Part shown: piece by piece, positions 37,305 to 47,756 of the stretch
Layout of the letters: each line of letters starts with the position of its first letter
Numbering within the stretch: the stretch's first letter is position 1
Source: an uncultured Actinomycetes bacterium
Lineage (GTDB): Bacteria; Actinomycetota; UBA4738; HRBIN12
Direction: 5' to 3'
Assembly: GCA_963704725.1 (NCBI GenBank)
Contig: OY969934.1
Coordinates: forward strand, 1,376,001-1,440,000
DNA length: 64,000 nt
The notes under the pieces: model-generated
Database searches by the model: none
What the model saw: only the letters and a program-made list of their open reading frames with translations
Told to the model about the DNA's origin: nothing
Program-made: the position numbers and the translations under genes

Positions 37305-37904
37305 GTGCTTGATCCGATCGAGGACGCGGCCCGCGCGGCGCTCCGGGGCGAGCTGGTCGTGCTCCCCACCGACACCGTGTACGGCGTCGGCACCCGGCCC
37401 GACGATCCCGCCGCCACGGCCCGACTGTTCGAGGCGAAGGGCCGGCCGCGCGACCTCGAGCTGCCGGTGCTCGTGCCCTCCGTCGCGGCGGCTCGCGTGA
37501 TCGCCGAGGTGGGTGGGCGGGCCGAGGCCCTGGTCACCCGGTTCTGGGCCGGGCCGCTGACGATCGTGCTCCCCCGTGTGGGAGCGAGTCGGTTCTGGCA
37601 GCTCGGGGGTGATGGAGGCACGATCGGGGTGCGGATGCCGCATCATCCGCTCGCGCTCGCCGTCCTCGCCCGGACGGGACCGCTCGCGGTGACGAGCGCG
37701 AACCGCTCCGGACGGCCGACGCCGTCGTCCTGCGACGACGTCGCGCGGGTGTTCGGCGACGCCGTCGCCGTGTACCTGTGCGCCGCATCGCCGCTCGGCG
37801 GGTCGGCCTCGACCGTCGTCGACCTCGCGCACGGCGATGCGCGGATCCTGCGCGCCGGCGCGGTGGCGGGGCCGGACGTGCTGGCCGCGCTCGCCGAGGG
37901 CTGA
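37305..37904 (+). CDS. tsaC: L-threonylcarbamoyladenylate synthase (YrdC/Sua5)
   Basis: PTDTVYG, KGRP, GPLT, TSANRSG and STVVD. Confidence 0.93.
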   Translation: MLDPIEDAARAALRGELVVLPTDTVYGVGTRPDDPAATARLFEAKGRPRDLELPVLVPSVAAARVIAEVGGRAEALVTRFWAGPLTIVLPRVGASRFWQLGGDGGTIGVRMPHHPLALAVLARTGPLAVTSANRSGRPTPSSCDDVARVFGDAVAVYLCAASPLGGSASTVVDLAHGDARILRAGAVAGPDVLAALAEG

Positions 37905-37941
37905 GCTCGGGGACGCCGGGACGCGGGTAGACTCGCGGCCC

Positions 37942-38526
37942 ATGGCGTCGATCCTCGTCGTGTGCACCGGCAACGTCTGCCGGTCGCCGATCGCCGAGGG
38001 CGTGATCCGCTCCCTGCTCGTCGACCGGTTCGGCGTGGAGGCCCCGAGCGTCGCCTCGGCCGGCACGACCGGTTGGGAGGGCTCGCCCGCCGACCCGGGA
38101 TCGGTCGCCGCCGCCGCCGAGCTCGGAGTGGACATCTCCGGCCATCGCGGCCGGCTCCTGACCGAAGAGCAGCTCGACGCGAGCGAGCTGGTGGTCACGA
38201 TGGGTGCCGGGCACCGCGACCGGATCGTCTGGGACGTCCCGCGGCTCGATTCGCGAACGTTCACGCTCAAGGAGCTCGTCCGGCTCCTGGAGGCCCTCCC
38301 TGCCGCCCAGGGACGACCGGCGCTCGCCGATCGTGTCGCGGAGGCGGACGCGCTGCGCCGGGGCGGGTTCGGCGGCAACCGGCGAGACGAGGATGTGGCG
38401 GATCCGCTCGGCATGTCGCTCGAGACGTTCCGGGCGGTCGCGGCGGAGCTCGAGGCGTGGTCCGAGCGCCTCGTGGCGGGGCTGTTCGGCCCCGTTCCCG
38501 CGCGGGCCGAGGCCGAGGGCGGCTGA
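37942..38526 (+). CDS. Low-molecular-weight phosphatase
   Basis: VCTGNVCRSP P-loop and DVADP. Confidence 0.9.
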   Translation: MASILVVCTGNVCRSPIAEGVIRSLLVDRFGVEAPSVASAGTTGWEGSPADPGSVAAAAELGVDISGHRGRLLTEEQLDASELVVTMGAGHRDRIVWDVPRLDSRTFTLKELVRLLEALPAAQGRPALADRVAEADALRRGGFGGNRRDEDVADPLGMSLETFRAVAAELEAWSERLVAGLFGPVPARAEAEGG

Positions 38527-38527
38527 C

Positions 38528-38974
38528 GTGCGCGTCGCGCTCGCGTGCGACCACGCGGGCTTCCCGCTGAAACGGGCGCTCGCCGCCTTCCTCGCGGAGG
38601 AGGGCCACGAGGTGCTCGACTTCGGCACCGACTCGGAGGAGCCGGTGGACTATCCGGACCTGTGCGCCGCCGCGGCTCGTGCCGTCGTGCAGGGGCGCGC
38701 CGATCGCGCCGTCGTGGTGGGGGGCTCGGGCCAGGGCGAGCAGCTCGCGGCGAACAAGGTCCACGGGATCCGGGCCGCCCTGTGCAACGACGTGTACCTC
38801 GCCGAGCTCTCGCGCCGCCACAACGACGCGAACGTGCTCGCGATGGGCGGCCGGATCGTCGCCGCCCCCCTGGCGAAGGAGATCGTTCGCGTGTGGCTCG
38901 CCGCACCGTTCGACGGCGGTCGCCACGCCCGGCGGCTCGAGCAGGTCGCACAGATCGAACGGGGCGAGCGATGA
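38528..38974 (+). CDS. rpiB: Ribose-5-phosphate isomerase B
   Basis: DHAG, DYP, GGSGQGE, ANKV, HNDANVL and GGRHARR. Confidence 0.93.
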   Translation: MRVALACDHAGFPLKRALAAFLAEEGHEVLDFGTDSEEPVDYPDLCAAAARAVVQGRADRAVVVGGSGQGEQLAANKVHGIRAALCNDVYLAELSRRHNDANVLAMGGRIVAAPLAKEIVRVWLAAPFDGGRHARRLEQVAQIERGER

Positions 38975-39088
38975 CGTCGCGCGATCTCGGTCCCGCGAGG
39001 CGGTGACGGGCCGCTCCGGCAAGGACCCGGTTGCGTCCTCGGAGGGGTCTCGCCGGCGGCACCTCAGGCGGTAGCATCGCCCGAGAGC

Positions 39089-40345
39089 GTGGTCCGTTCC
39101 TACCTGCTGGTCTTCGTCGTGAGCGCGGGTGTGACCTTCGCGGCCACGCCGCTCGTCCGGCGCGTCTCCCTCCTCCTCGGGTGGATCGACCACCCTTCCG
39201 ATCGCAAGATCCATCCCCGGCCCACCCCGACGGCCGGGGGCCTGGCCATCTATCTCGGCATCGCCGCCGGGCTCGTGGTCACGCGCTTCGTCCCGTTCCT
39301 GGACGACCTGTACCAGACGAGCTCGGACCTGGACGCGGCGGCCATCGCGGGCACCTTGATCGTCACGCTCGGCGTGATCGACGACACCAAGGGCGTGACC
39401 GCTCTTGGCAAGCTGACGGGACAGGTCCTCGTCGCGGGCGTGGTGGTCCTGCTCGGCGTGCAGCTCCTGTACTTCTACTTCCCCGGCCAGGGCGTCCTGT
39501 CGAACCCTCCCGACCTCGCCGTGCCGCTCACGATCGTGTGGGTGCTGGCGATGGTGAACGCCGTCAACCTGATCGACGGCCTCGACGGGCTCGCCGCCGG
39601 CATCGTCGCCATCGCCGGGGCGGCGTTCTTCGCGTACATGGTCCGCTCGCCCGGCGGCGACGTGGAGGCGTCGACGGCCGCGCTGCTGTCGGCGATCGCG
39701 GCGGGCTCGGCGATCGGGTTCCTCCCGTGGAACTTCTACCCGGCGAAGATCTTCATGGGGGACTCCGGCGCGCTCCTGCTCGGGCTGATGCTCGCGATCG
39801 CCACGATCTCCGGCGTCGGCCGCAACCTCGAGGGCCCCACGGGCGGCGACCTCGCCGTCATCGCCATCCCGGTGGCGCTCCCCCTGTTCGTGCTCGCCGT
39901 GCCGTTCCTCGACGTCGTGCTCGCCATCAGCCGGCGCATGCGCCGGGGGATCGGGATCTCCCACGCCGACAAGGAGCACATCCACCACCGGCTGCTCGAC
40001 ATCGGGCACTCGCACCGGCAGGCGGTGCTCCTGATGTACCTGTGGTCGGCGCTCATGTCCGGCTGCGCCCTGACCGTGGCGTTCGTGGACGGCCGGCTGC
40101 TCGTCGCGGCCATCCTGGTCGTTGCGCTCCTCGTGGCGACGGTGCTGCCGAGGCTGGTGCGCGATCGCCGGCCGCGAGGCAGCGACGCGCCGGCCGACCA
40201 GGGCAACGGCACGGGGTCCCGGCACCGCCGCCGCCGGGGGCGCCCGGTCGTGGTATCGGGCGGAGGACCGACCCATCCGGATCGCCCGGCGGCCGAGGGC
40301 GAGCCGGGCGACGCGCCGCCGGCCCCGGCCCGCGACGCCTCCTGA
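39089..40345 (+). CDS. wecA: Polyprenyl-phosphate GlcNAc-1-phosphate transferase (WecA/TagO)
   Basis: RKIH...PTAGG, GVIDD, NAVNLIDGLDGLA, FMGDSG and DKEHIHHRL. Confidence 0.9.
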   Translation: MVRSYLLVFVVSAGVTFAATPLVRRVSLLLGWIDHPSDRKIHPRPTPTAGGLAIYLGIAAGLVVTRFVPFLDDLYQTSSDLDAAAIAGTLIVTLGVIDDTKGVTALGKLTGQVLVAGVVVLLGVQLLYFYFPGQGVLSNPPDLAVPLTIVWVLAMVNAVNLIDGLDGLAAGIVAIAGAAFFAYMVRSPGGDVEASTAALLSAIAAGSAIGFLPWNFYPAKIFMGDSGALLLGLMLAIATISGVGRNLEGPTGGDLAVIAIPVALPLFVLAVPFLDVVLAISRRMRRGIGISHADKEHIHHRLLDIGHSHRQAVLLMYLWSALMSGCALTVAFVDGRLLVAAILVVALLVATVLPRLVRDRRPRGSDAPADQGNGTGSRHRRRRGRPVVVSGGGPTHPDRPAAEGEPGDAPPAPARDAS

Positions 40346-40546
40346 TCCCGTCCGAGTCGGCTCGGCGAGGCCCGGGGCGTTGGCCGGCTCGTACAAGGTG
40401 TGGTCGGGAACTCGTCGCGACGGGCCGTGACCGCGCCCGGCCGTCGCTGGGTGATAATCCCCGGAGGGGTGGGTCATAATCGGGCTCTCTCGGCCGCCGG
40501 CGCTCGATGAGCGCCGCGGTGACGCGTCGAGTACGAAGGGGGCGGT

Positions 40547-41671
40547 GTGGCGGAGGTCGACGTTCGGCTCGACCGCGTGACCAAGGACTTCGGCGACGCG
40601 ACGGCCGTGGACGATCTCTCGCTCGACATCGCCGAGGGCGAGTTCTTCAGCATGCTGGGGCCGTCCGGCTGCGGCAAGACGACGACCCTGCGGATGATCG
40701 GGGGTTTCGAGGAGCCGTCGCGCGGCACGATCTACCTGGGCGGCCGGGACGTGACGGACCTGCCGCCCTACCGGCGTGACGTCAACACCGTGTTCCAGTC
40801 CTACGCGCTCTTCCCACACCTGGATGTGTTCGAGAACGTCGCGTTCGGCCTGAGGAGGAAGAAGGCGTCGGGGTCGGACATCAAGTCACGGGTCGACGAG
40901 GCGCTGCGGCTCGTGGACCTGCGAGGGTTCGAACGACGCAGGCCCTCGCAGATGTCGGGCGGCCAGCAGCAGCGGGTGGCGCTGGCCCGGGCTCTCGTCA
41001 ACCATCCCAAGGTGCTCCTGCTCGACGAGCCGCTCGGCGCGCTCGACCTGAAGCTTCGCAAGCAGATGCAGCTCGAGCTGAAACGCATCCAGCAGGAGGT
41101 CGGGATCACGTTCATCTACGTGACCCACGACCAGGAGGAGGCGATGACGATGTCGGATCGTCTCGCCGTGATGCGGCTCGGCAAGATCGAGCAGATCGGG
41201 GAGCCCGAGGAGGTCTACGAGAGCCCGCTGACGCAGTTCGTCGCCGGCTTCCTCGGGGCGTCGAACCTGCTCGAGGGCGATCTCAAGGAGCACGTCGACG
41301 GGATCTCCACGGTCCTGCTGTCCGGAGGCGACCTCGTTCGGCTGCCCTCGGATCGGGCGCCCTTCGAGCCCGGCACGGGGGTGCTGGTCGGGGTTCGCCC
41401 CGAGAAGATCACGATCGGCCCGGAGGACCCCTCGCCCCCTCCGAGCGGCTGGAACGCCGTCTCCGGGCTGCTCCGGATGTCGACCTACATCGGGGTCAGC
41501 CACCAGTACAAGGTCGAGGGTCCGGGGGGCCACGAGCTCACCGTCTGGGTCCAGAACCTCGGCGTCGAGTCCGCGCCGCGTCCCGGGGAGCGGGTGCGGC
41601 TGTCCTGGCAGTTGCAGTACACGTTCGCGGTTCAGCCGCAGGCCGGGCTGACGGATGAGGAGGAGCAATGA
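40547..41671 (+). CDS. potA: Spermidine/putrescine ABC transporter ATP-binding protein
   Basis: GPSGCGKT, MSGGQQQR, LLLDEPLGALD and TOBE. Confidence 0.9.
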   Translation: MAEVDVRLDRVTKDFGDATAVDDLSLDIAEGEFFSMLGPSGCGKTTTLRMIGGFEEPSRGTIYLGGRDVTDLPPYRRDVNTVFQSYALFPHLDVFENVAFGLRRKKASGSDIKSRVDEALRLVDLRGFERRRPSQMSGGQQQRVALARALVNHPKVLLLDEPLGALDLKLRKQMQLELKRIQQEVGITFIYVTHDQEEAMTMSDRLAVMRLGKIEQIGEPEEVYESPLTQFVAGFLGASNLLEGDLKEHVDGISTVLLSGGDLVRLPSDRAPFEPGTGVLVGVRPEKITIGPEDPSPPPSGWNAVSGLLRMSTYIGVSHQYKVEGPGGHELTVWVQNLGVESAPRPGERVRLSWQLQYTFAVQPQAGLTDEEEQ

Positions 41672-42984
41672 GCGAGTTCCAGGGGCGATCGACGCCCGAG
41701 GGCCGGATGCAGGAGATCATGCGCCGTCGCCTCACCCGGCGCAGCCTCCTGAGGGGGGCGGGCGCCGGCGTGGCGGGCATCAGCTTGGCCTCCTTCCTCG
41801 CCGCCTGCGGGAGCGGGGACGGCGGCTCCGGCGGCGGTGGCGACGGTGGCGACGGCGGGACGGACCCGAGCCAGATCTTCTCGACACCCGACGCGGAGCA
41901 GCACGTCGAGTTCGCCAACTGGCCGCTGTACATCGACAAGGCGAAGGACGACAGCGGAACCGTGTTCAATCCCTCGCTCCGCCAGTTCACGGACGACACG
42001 GGCATCAGCGTGAACTACCTGGAGATCATCCAGAGCAACGAGGAGTTCTTCGCCCGGATTCAACCCGTGCTCGCCGCCGGCGACTCGACCGGCTACGACA
42101 TCATCGTCATCACGAACGGGCGGCAGCTCACGGCGCTGATGGCCAACGAGTGGGTCCTGCCCCTCGATCCGGCCAAGCGTCCGAATTTCGACGCCAACGG
42201 CGCGGCCTGGGCCAAGAGCCCGATCTACGACCAGGGGAACGCGCACTCGATGGCGTGGCAGTCCGGGATCACGGGGATCGCCGTCAACCATGATCTCGCC
42301 ACCGGCGAGATCACGAAGATGGAGGACCTGCTCGACTCCAGCAAGCTGCCCGACGCGAGCGTGGGGATGATCTCCGGCGACGCCGCGGACTGGACGATGA
42401 TCAACCTGGGCATCGACCCGACGACGTCGGGACCGGCGGAGTGGCAACAGGCCGCCGACTGGCTGAGCCAGCTCCGCGAAGCGCCGACGTTCCGCAAGTT
42501 CTACGACCAGGGCTACGCCGACGACATGACGTCGGGGAACCTCGGGGCCACGATGGCGTGGTCGGGCGACGTCCTGTACTACGCGCAGTGGGCGGGCTAC
42601 GACAACCTCGAGTTCGTGTTCCCCGAGGGCGGCGCGCTGCTGTGGATCGACAACATGATGATCCCGGCCGGGGCCCAGCATCCCGTCAGCGCGTACACGC
42701 TGATGGACTACGTGTACAAGCCCGAGATCGCCGCGATGATCACCGAGTTCGTCCTGTACATGTCGCCGTGCCCGTCGACGAGCGACGTGATCTCGCAGGA
42801 TGCGGACAAGGCGGAGGCGGACGGCTCGAAGGGGCTCGCCAACAAGCTCCGCCTCACGGCCCAGAGCCCGTTCCTGTATCCGGACGATGCGTTCCTGGCG
42901 AAGACGTCGTTCGGGTTCAGCGATTGGACGGACGAGGCGGCCTCCGAGTGGGACTCCATCTTCAACTCGGTCATCTACGGCTGA
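41668..42984 (+). CDS. Polyamine ABC substrate-binding protein, Tat lipoprotein
   Basis: LTRRSLL Tat motif, LAAC lipobox, ANWPLYID, MAWSGD and PEGGALLWIDNM. Confidence 0.88.
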   Translation: MSEFQGRSTPEGRMQEIMRRRLTRRSLLRGAGAGVAGISLASFLAACGSGDGGSGGGGDGGDGGTDPSQIFSTPDAEQHVEFANWPLYIDKAKDDSGTVFNPSLRQFTDDTGISVNYLEIIQSNEEFFARIQPVLAAGDSTGYDIIVITNGRQLTALMANEWVLPLDPAKRPNFDANGAAWAKSPIYDQGNAHSMAWQSGITGIAVNHDLATGEITKMEDLLDSSKLPDASVGMISGDAADWTMINLGIDPTTSGPAEWQQAADWLSQLREAPTFRKFYDQGYADDMTSGNLGATMAWSGDVLYYAQWAGYDNLEFVFPEGGALLWIDNMMIPAGAQHPVSAYTLMDYVYKPEIAAMITEFVLYMSPCPSTSDVISQDADKAEADGSKGLANKLRLTAQSPFLYPDDAFLAKTSFGFSDWTDEAASEWDSIFNSVIYG

Positions 42985-43009
42985 GGATGCTCGGAGCGGC
43001 GGGCCGTCG

Positions 43010-43915
43010 ATGAGCGCCGATGCGCCTCCCGTCGTGCGCGGAGGCGGCGGGTCGGTCCGCAAGCGACTGATCCCCTACGCGCTGGCCTCCCCCGGCCTGG
43101 GATGGCTCGTCGTCCTGTTCCTCCTGCCCATGGTGTTCATGGTGACCACGGCGCTGTCGAGCGGCGGACTGATCTCGGGCGGCTTCCACTTCGCCTGGGA
43201 CTGGAGCAACTTCGAGGCCGTCTCGGAGAACCGCGCCTACTACGTGCGCTCGATCGAGTACTCGTTGCTGACCACGGTCTTCGCGCTGCTGCTGTCGTAC
43301 CCGCTCGCGTACTGGATCGCGTTCCACGGCGGCCGGTTCAAGTCGACGCTGCTCTTCCTGGTCCTGCTGCCGTTCTTCGTGTCCTACGTGGTGCGGACGG
43401 TGCAGTGGCGATTCATCCTGGCCGACCACGGGATCCTGTTCGGGCCGCTCAAGAACCTCGGGCTGCTCCCGGACAACTTCCACGTCCTGGCCACGTCGAT
43501 CTCGGTCGTCGCGGGCATGACCTACAACTTCCTGCCGTTCACCATGTTCCCGCTCTATGTCGCGCTCGAGCGGATCGATGGGTCGCTGGTCGAGGCGGCG
43601 AAGGATCTGTACGCGAGCAAGAGGCAGGCCTTCCTCAAGGTCGTGCTGCCGCTCTCGCTCCCCGGCGTGTTCGCGGCGTCGCTGCTGACGTTCGTCCCCG
43701 CCACGGGCGACTACGTCGAGGCGGAGATCCTCGGGTCCCCGAGCACGACGATGATCGGGAACATCATCCAGCGCAAGTTCCTGGTGGAGCTGAACTACCC
43801 GCAGGCGGCGGCGCTCTCGATCGTGCTCATGATCGGGATGCTGGTCCTGGTGAGCATCTACGCGCGGGTCCTCGGGACGGAAGAGGTCGCCTCGGCGGCC
43901 GCGGCGGGACCATGA
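43010..43915 (+). CDS. Polyamine ABC permease (PotB-like)
   Basis: LVEAAKDLYA, FVPATGDY. Confidence 0.88.
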   Translation: MSADAPPVVRGGGGSVRKRLIPYALASPGLGWLVVLFLLPMVFMVTTALSSGGLISGGFHFAWDWSNFEAVSENRAYYVRSIEYSLLTTVFALLLSYPLAYWIAFHGGRFKSTLLFLVLLPFFVSYVVRTVQWRFILADHGILFGPLKNLGLLPDNFHVLATSISVVAGMTYNFLPFTMFPLYVALERIDGSLVEAAKDLYASKRQAFLKVVLPLSLPGVFAASLLTFVPATGDYVEAEILGSPSTTMIGNIIQRKFLVELNYPQAAALSIVLMIGMLVLVSIYARVLGTEEVASAAAAGP

Positions 43916-44775
43916 GCGCGGTCGCGACGGCACCGGTGACCCCGACGGCGGCCGACCGCCCGCCCCTCAACGAGCCGAGGAAGCGGGTCACCAGGTTGGT
44001 GCTGCCCGTCTACGCCGTCGTCATGATGGTCTACCTGGCGAGCCCGATCTTCCTGATGATCCTGTACGGGTTCAACAACGTCCCGAACCCGCCCGGGCGC
44101 CAGGCATCGAGGTTCTACGGGTGGACGACCCAGTGGTGGAGGAACCTGTTCGACGTGCCCGAGCTCAGCGCGGCGCTGCGGCACTCGATCAGCATCGCGA
44201 TCCCGAGCGCGATCGTGGCGACGCTCATCGGTACGCTGCTCGGGCTGGTGTTGGGCCGCTATCGCTTCAAGGGGCAGGCACCGACGATGTACGTGATCTT
44301 CCTGGCGATCGCCGTCCCCGAGATCGTGCTGGGGTCCTCCCTCCTCAGCGGGTTCGTCAAGGCCCAGACGCCGCCGCTCGGGTTCTGGACGCTCATCCTG
44401 TCCCACATCACCTTCAGCATCCCGTTCGTCGCCGTGACCGTGCGGGCCCGGGTGCAGGGGATGGACCGATCCCTGGAGGACGCGGCGCAGGATCTGTTCG
44501 CGAGCCCGGTCGTCGCGTTCTTCAAGGTCACCCTGCCGCTCATCCTGCCGGGGATCCTGGCGGGGGGGATGCTGGCGTTCGTCCTGTCGCTCGATGACTT
44601 CGTCATCTCGAACTTCGTCTTCGGCAGCTACGTGACGTTCCCCATCTGGGTGTTCGGCGCGACCCGGATCGGCCTGCCTCCACAGGTCAACGTGATGGGG
44701 ACGCTGCTGTTCGCGGCGGGCATCATCCTGGCCGTGATGACGGCGCTGCTGCAGCGGCGCGAGGCGAAGGCGTAG
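43912..44775 (+). CDS. Polyamine ABC permease (PotC-like)
   Basis: LEDAAQDLFA, LSLDDFVIS. Confidence 0.88.
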   Translation: MSAVATAPVTPTAADRPPLNEPRKRVTRLVLPVYAVVMMVYLASPIFLMILYGFNNVPNPPGRQASRFYGWTTQWWRNLFDVPELSAALRHSISIAIPSAIVATLIGTLLGLVLGRYRFKGQAPTMYVIFLAIAVPEIVLGSSLLSGFVKAQTPPLGFWTLILSHITFSIPFVAVTVRARVQGMDRSLEDAAQDLFASPVVAFFKVTLPLILPGILAGGMLAFVLSLDDFVISNFVFGSYVTFPIWVFGATRIGLPPQVNVMGTLLFAAGIILAVMTALLQRREAKA

Positions 44776-44800
44776 TTCCCGCGGCCGGGACCCTCAACGC

Positions 44801-44818
44801 TCGTGAAAACCTTCACAA
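44801..44818. promoter_or_regulatory. Rex operator-like palindrome
   Basis: TCGTGAAAACCTTCACAA, one mismatch to TTGTGAA-N4-TTCACAA. Confidence 0.65.
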
Positions 44819-44867
44819 GCGACACCCGAAACGGCCTTCTACCAGGGCAAACGGGTCGGTCCGACCT

Positions 44868-44896
44868 TTGACGGCCGATTGGGCCACGTCTATACT
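44868..44896 (+). promoter_or_regulatory. atp operon promoter
   Basis: TTGACG-N17-TATACT. Confidence 0.8.
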
Positions 44897-44905
44897 CACG
44901 CTCCC

Positions 44906-45136
44906 ATGCCCGAGCCTGAGCCGAGGAACGCATGGTCCGGCATGGGGGTCGGTTGGGCGATCGCCAGCACGATCGTGGCGGGCATCGCCGCGGTGGGCGG
45001 CCTCGGGTACCTGGTGGACCTGCTCGTCGGCACGGACCAGCACGTCTTCGCCGGGTTGGGGTTCCTGATCGGCGGGTTCGGCGGCATGTACGTGGTCTTT
45101 CTCAGGTGGGGGAGGGGGAACGGCGAGGATGGTTGA
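44906..45136 (+). CDS. AtpZ/AtpI family protein
   Basis: Two TM helices with GGLGYLVD; first gene of the atp operon. Confidence 0.8.
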   Translation: MPEPEPRNAWSGMGVGWAIASTIVAGIAAVGGLGYLVDLLVGTDQHVFAGLGFLIGGFGGMYVVFLRWGRGNGEDG

Positions 45137-45539
45137 GCCCGAGCGCGAGCTCGTTCGCCGGGCTTCTCCGTTCATCCCCGTGGCGATCGCCGTCGCGTTC
45201 GGCGTGGGGGCGGTGGCCGCCGGAACGGACGCCGCCTGGTCGGCCTCGATCGGCGTGGCGGTCGTGGCCGCGAACTTCGTGGCGAACGCCCTGTCCATCG
45301 CCTGGGCGGCCAGGATCTCGCCGACGCTCGTGGCGGCCGTCGCGCTCGGCGGGTTCTTCCTGCGGATGGCCGTGATCGTGATCGCCCTGGTACTGCTGAA
45401 CACGCTCGGATGGTTCTCGCCCACCGCGTTCGCGCTCACGGTGGTTCCGGCCACGGTCGTGCTGCTCGTGTTCGAGGCCCGCGCACTCGGCGGCCGGATG
45501 CAGGCCGACCTGTGGTCGTTCGACGAGGCCCGACGTTGA
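45129..45539 (+). CDS. atpI: ATP synthase protein I
   Basis: Four-TM protein before atpB. Confidence 0.75.
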   Translation: MVEPERELVRRASPFIPVAIAVAFGVGAVAAGTDAAWSASIGVAVVAANFVANALSIAWAARISPTLVAAVALGGFFLRMAVIVIALVLLNTLGWFSPTAFALTVVPATVVLLVFEARALGGRMQADLWSFDEARR

Positions 45540-46333
45540 TCGGCGCGATCCTCGGCGCCGAGTTCGAGCCCCCCAGCACCAAGGACTTCGTCTTCGGATG
45601 CTGGGGCGGCGAGATCGACATCCTCGGATTCCACATCTGCCTGAACTTCATCACGTTCCTGGTCCTGCTCACGTTCATCACGTTTCTGGGCCTGTTCTAT
45701 TTCGGCCTGCGCAAGCCTCGGGTCGTGCCCGGCAGGTTCCAGGCACTCATGGAGATGTCGATCGGGTTCGTCCGGGAGCAGATCGCGGTCCCCATGCTCG
45801 GCCCGCAGGCCGACCGGTACCTCCCGCTGCTCGCGTCCTTCTTCTTCTTCATCCTGATCGGCAACATGTTCGAGGTGATCCCCGGCTTCAACTTCTCCGC
45901 CAACAGCCGGGTGGCGACCCCGCTCACGCTGGCGATCATCTCGTGGGTCGTCTACAACGGGGCGGGGATCGCGAAGCACGGGTTCCTCGGCTACCTCAAG
46001 CACACGTGCATCATCGACGAGGCGCCGGCCATCCTCCGCTACACGCTGATGCTGCTGATCGAGTTCGTCTCGAACATCATCGTGCGGCCGATCACCCTGA
46101 CCGTCCGACTCGCGGCCAACTTCCTCGCCGGTCACTTCCTGCTGGCGATCTTCTTCCTGGGGACGGTCTTCTTCCTCCAGGACGGACCGAAGACCTGGGT
46201 CCTGGTGGCGTTCTCGTTCCCGCTCTCCATCGTGGTCGTCGGTTTCGAGATCTTCGTCTCGATCCTGCAGGCATTCATCTTCACGATCCTCACCGCCTCC
46301 TACATCGGGCAGGCAGTGGCTGAGGAGCACTAG
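45536..46333 (+). CDS. atpB: ATP synthase Fo subunit a
   Basis: VPGRFQ, RPITLTVRLAANFLAGH and LQAFIF. Confidence 0.95.
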   Translation: MIGAILGAEFEPPSTKDFVFGCWGGEIDILGFHICLNFITFLVLLTFITFLGLFYFGLRKPRVVPGRFQALMEMSIGFVREQIAVPMLGPQADRYLPLLASFFFFILIGNMFEVIPGFNFSANSRVATPLTLAIISWVVYNGAGIAKHGFLGYLKHTCIIDEAPAILRYTLMLLIEFVSNIIVRPITLTVRLAANFLAGHFLLAIFFLGTVFFLQDGPKTWVLVAFSFPLSIVVVGFEIFVSILQAFIFTILTASYIGQAVAEEH

Positions 46334-46594
<261 letters not shown>

Positions 46595-46605
46595 GAGGCG
46601 AGGTC

Positions 46606-47178
46606 GTGTTCCCAGGCGCAACCTTCATCCTCGCCCAGGCCGCTGAGAGCGTCAGCGACAAGGAAGACCTGTATCCGCACGCGAGCGAGCTCATCGTCGG
46701 CGCGATCTGTTTCGCCATCCTGTTCTTCTTCATGTGGAAATGGGTGGTCCCGCAGGCCAACAAGATGCTCGAGGCGCGTCGCGAGAAGATCCAGGGCGAC
46801 CTCGAGCATGCCGAGCAGACGCGCTCGGAGGCCGACCGCATGCTGGCCGACTACCGCGACCAGCTCTCCGGCGCTCGAGACGAGGCGAACCGGATCATCG
46901 AGGAGGCGCGCAAGACCGCCGACCAGCTCCGGCGGGACCTCCAGGCCAAGGCCGAGCAGGAGTCGCAGGTCATCGTGGCGCGCGCCCAGGACGAGATCCG
47001 AGCCGAGCGTGACCGCGTCCTTCAGGAGCTCGGCTCCCAGGTCGGCCAGATCGCCCTCGAGCTGGCCGGGCGCGTCGTAGGACGCTCGCTCGACGAGCAG
47101 GGCCACGAGCGTCTGGTCGACGAGTACATCGAGCTCGTCGGCGGCGCGGCCGGCAACGGCGCCTCGAAAGGGGAGTAG
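46606..47178 (+). CDS. atpF: ATP synthase Fo subunit b
   Basis: One TM followed by coiled coil [12 protein letters not shown]. Confidence 0.93.
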   Translation: MFPGATFILAQAAESVSDKEDLYPHASELIVGAICFAILFFFMWKWVVPQANKMLEARREKIQGDLEHAEQTRSEADRMLADYRDQLSGARDEANRIIEEARKTADQLRRDLQAKAEQESQVIVARAQDEIRAERDRVLQELGSQVGQIALELAGRVVGRSLDEQGHERLVDEYIELVGGAAGNGASKGE

Positions 47179-47721
47179 GTGGCCGAGCGCGACGAGTTGG
47201 TCCGGGGCTACGCGGAGGCCCTGTTCGCCGTGGCGGATGCCGAGGAGGAGCTCGGCGCCGTGGAGGACCAGCTCTACGCGTTCGGCAAGCTGGTCGAACG
47301 CGACGCGAAGGTTCGAGACGCCCTGGCCGACCCCGCGCTCCCGGTCGAGAACAAGAAGGGCCTGATCCGCGACCTCCTCGGCGAGCGGGCCAACCCCGTC
47401 GCGGTCAACCTCCTCGGCCTGATCGTCGACCTCGAGCGCGGCCGCGACATCGGTCACATCGTCGAGGGATTCGTGGCCGTCGCGGCGGAGCGCCGCAAGC
47501 ACCAGCTGGCCGAGGTGCGCTCCGCCGTGCCGCTGGACGCCGCGCGGCGCGAGCAGCTCGCCGCCGCCCTGTCCAAGGCCACCGGCCGGACGGTCGAGGT
47601 CAAGGTCGTCGTCGACCCCAGCGTGATCGGCGGCGTCGTCGCCCGGCTCGGGGACGAGGTCTTCGACGGCACGATCCGCACCCGGCTGCGCGAGGTGCGC
47701 GAGCGGCTGGCCGGCACCTGA
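47179..47721 (+). CDS. atpH: ATP synthase F1 delta
   Basis: [15 protein letters not shown] and DGTI. Confidence 0.94.
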   Translation: MAERDELVRGYAEALFAVADAEEELGAVEDQLYAFGKLVERDAKVRDALADPALPVENKKGLIRDLLGERANPVAVNLLGLIVDLERGRDIGHIVEGFVAVAAERRKHQLAEVRSAVPLDAARREQLAAALSKATGRTVEVKVVVDPSVIGGVVARLGDEVFDGTIRTRLREVRERLAGT

Positions 47722-47756
47722 GGCAACCCCAGACCGACGAAGAGGAACGAGGAGCG

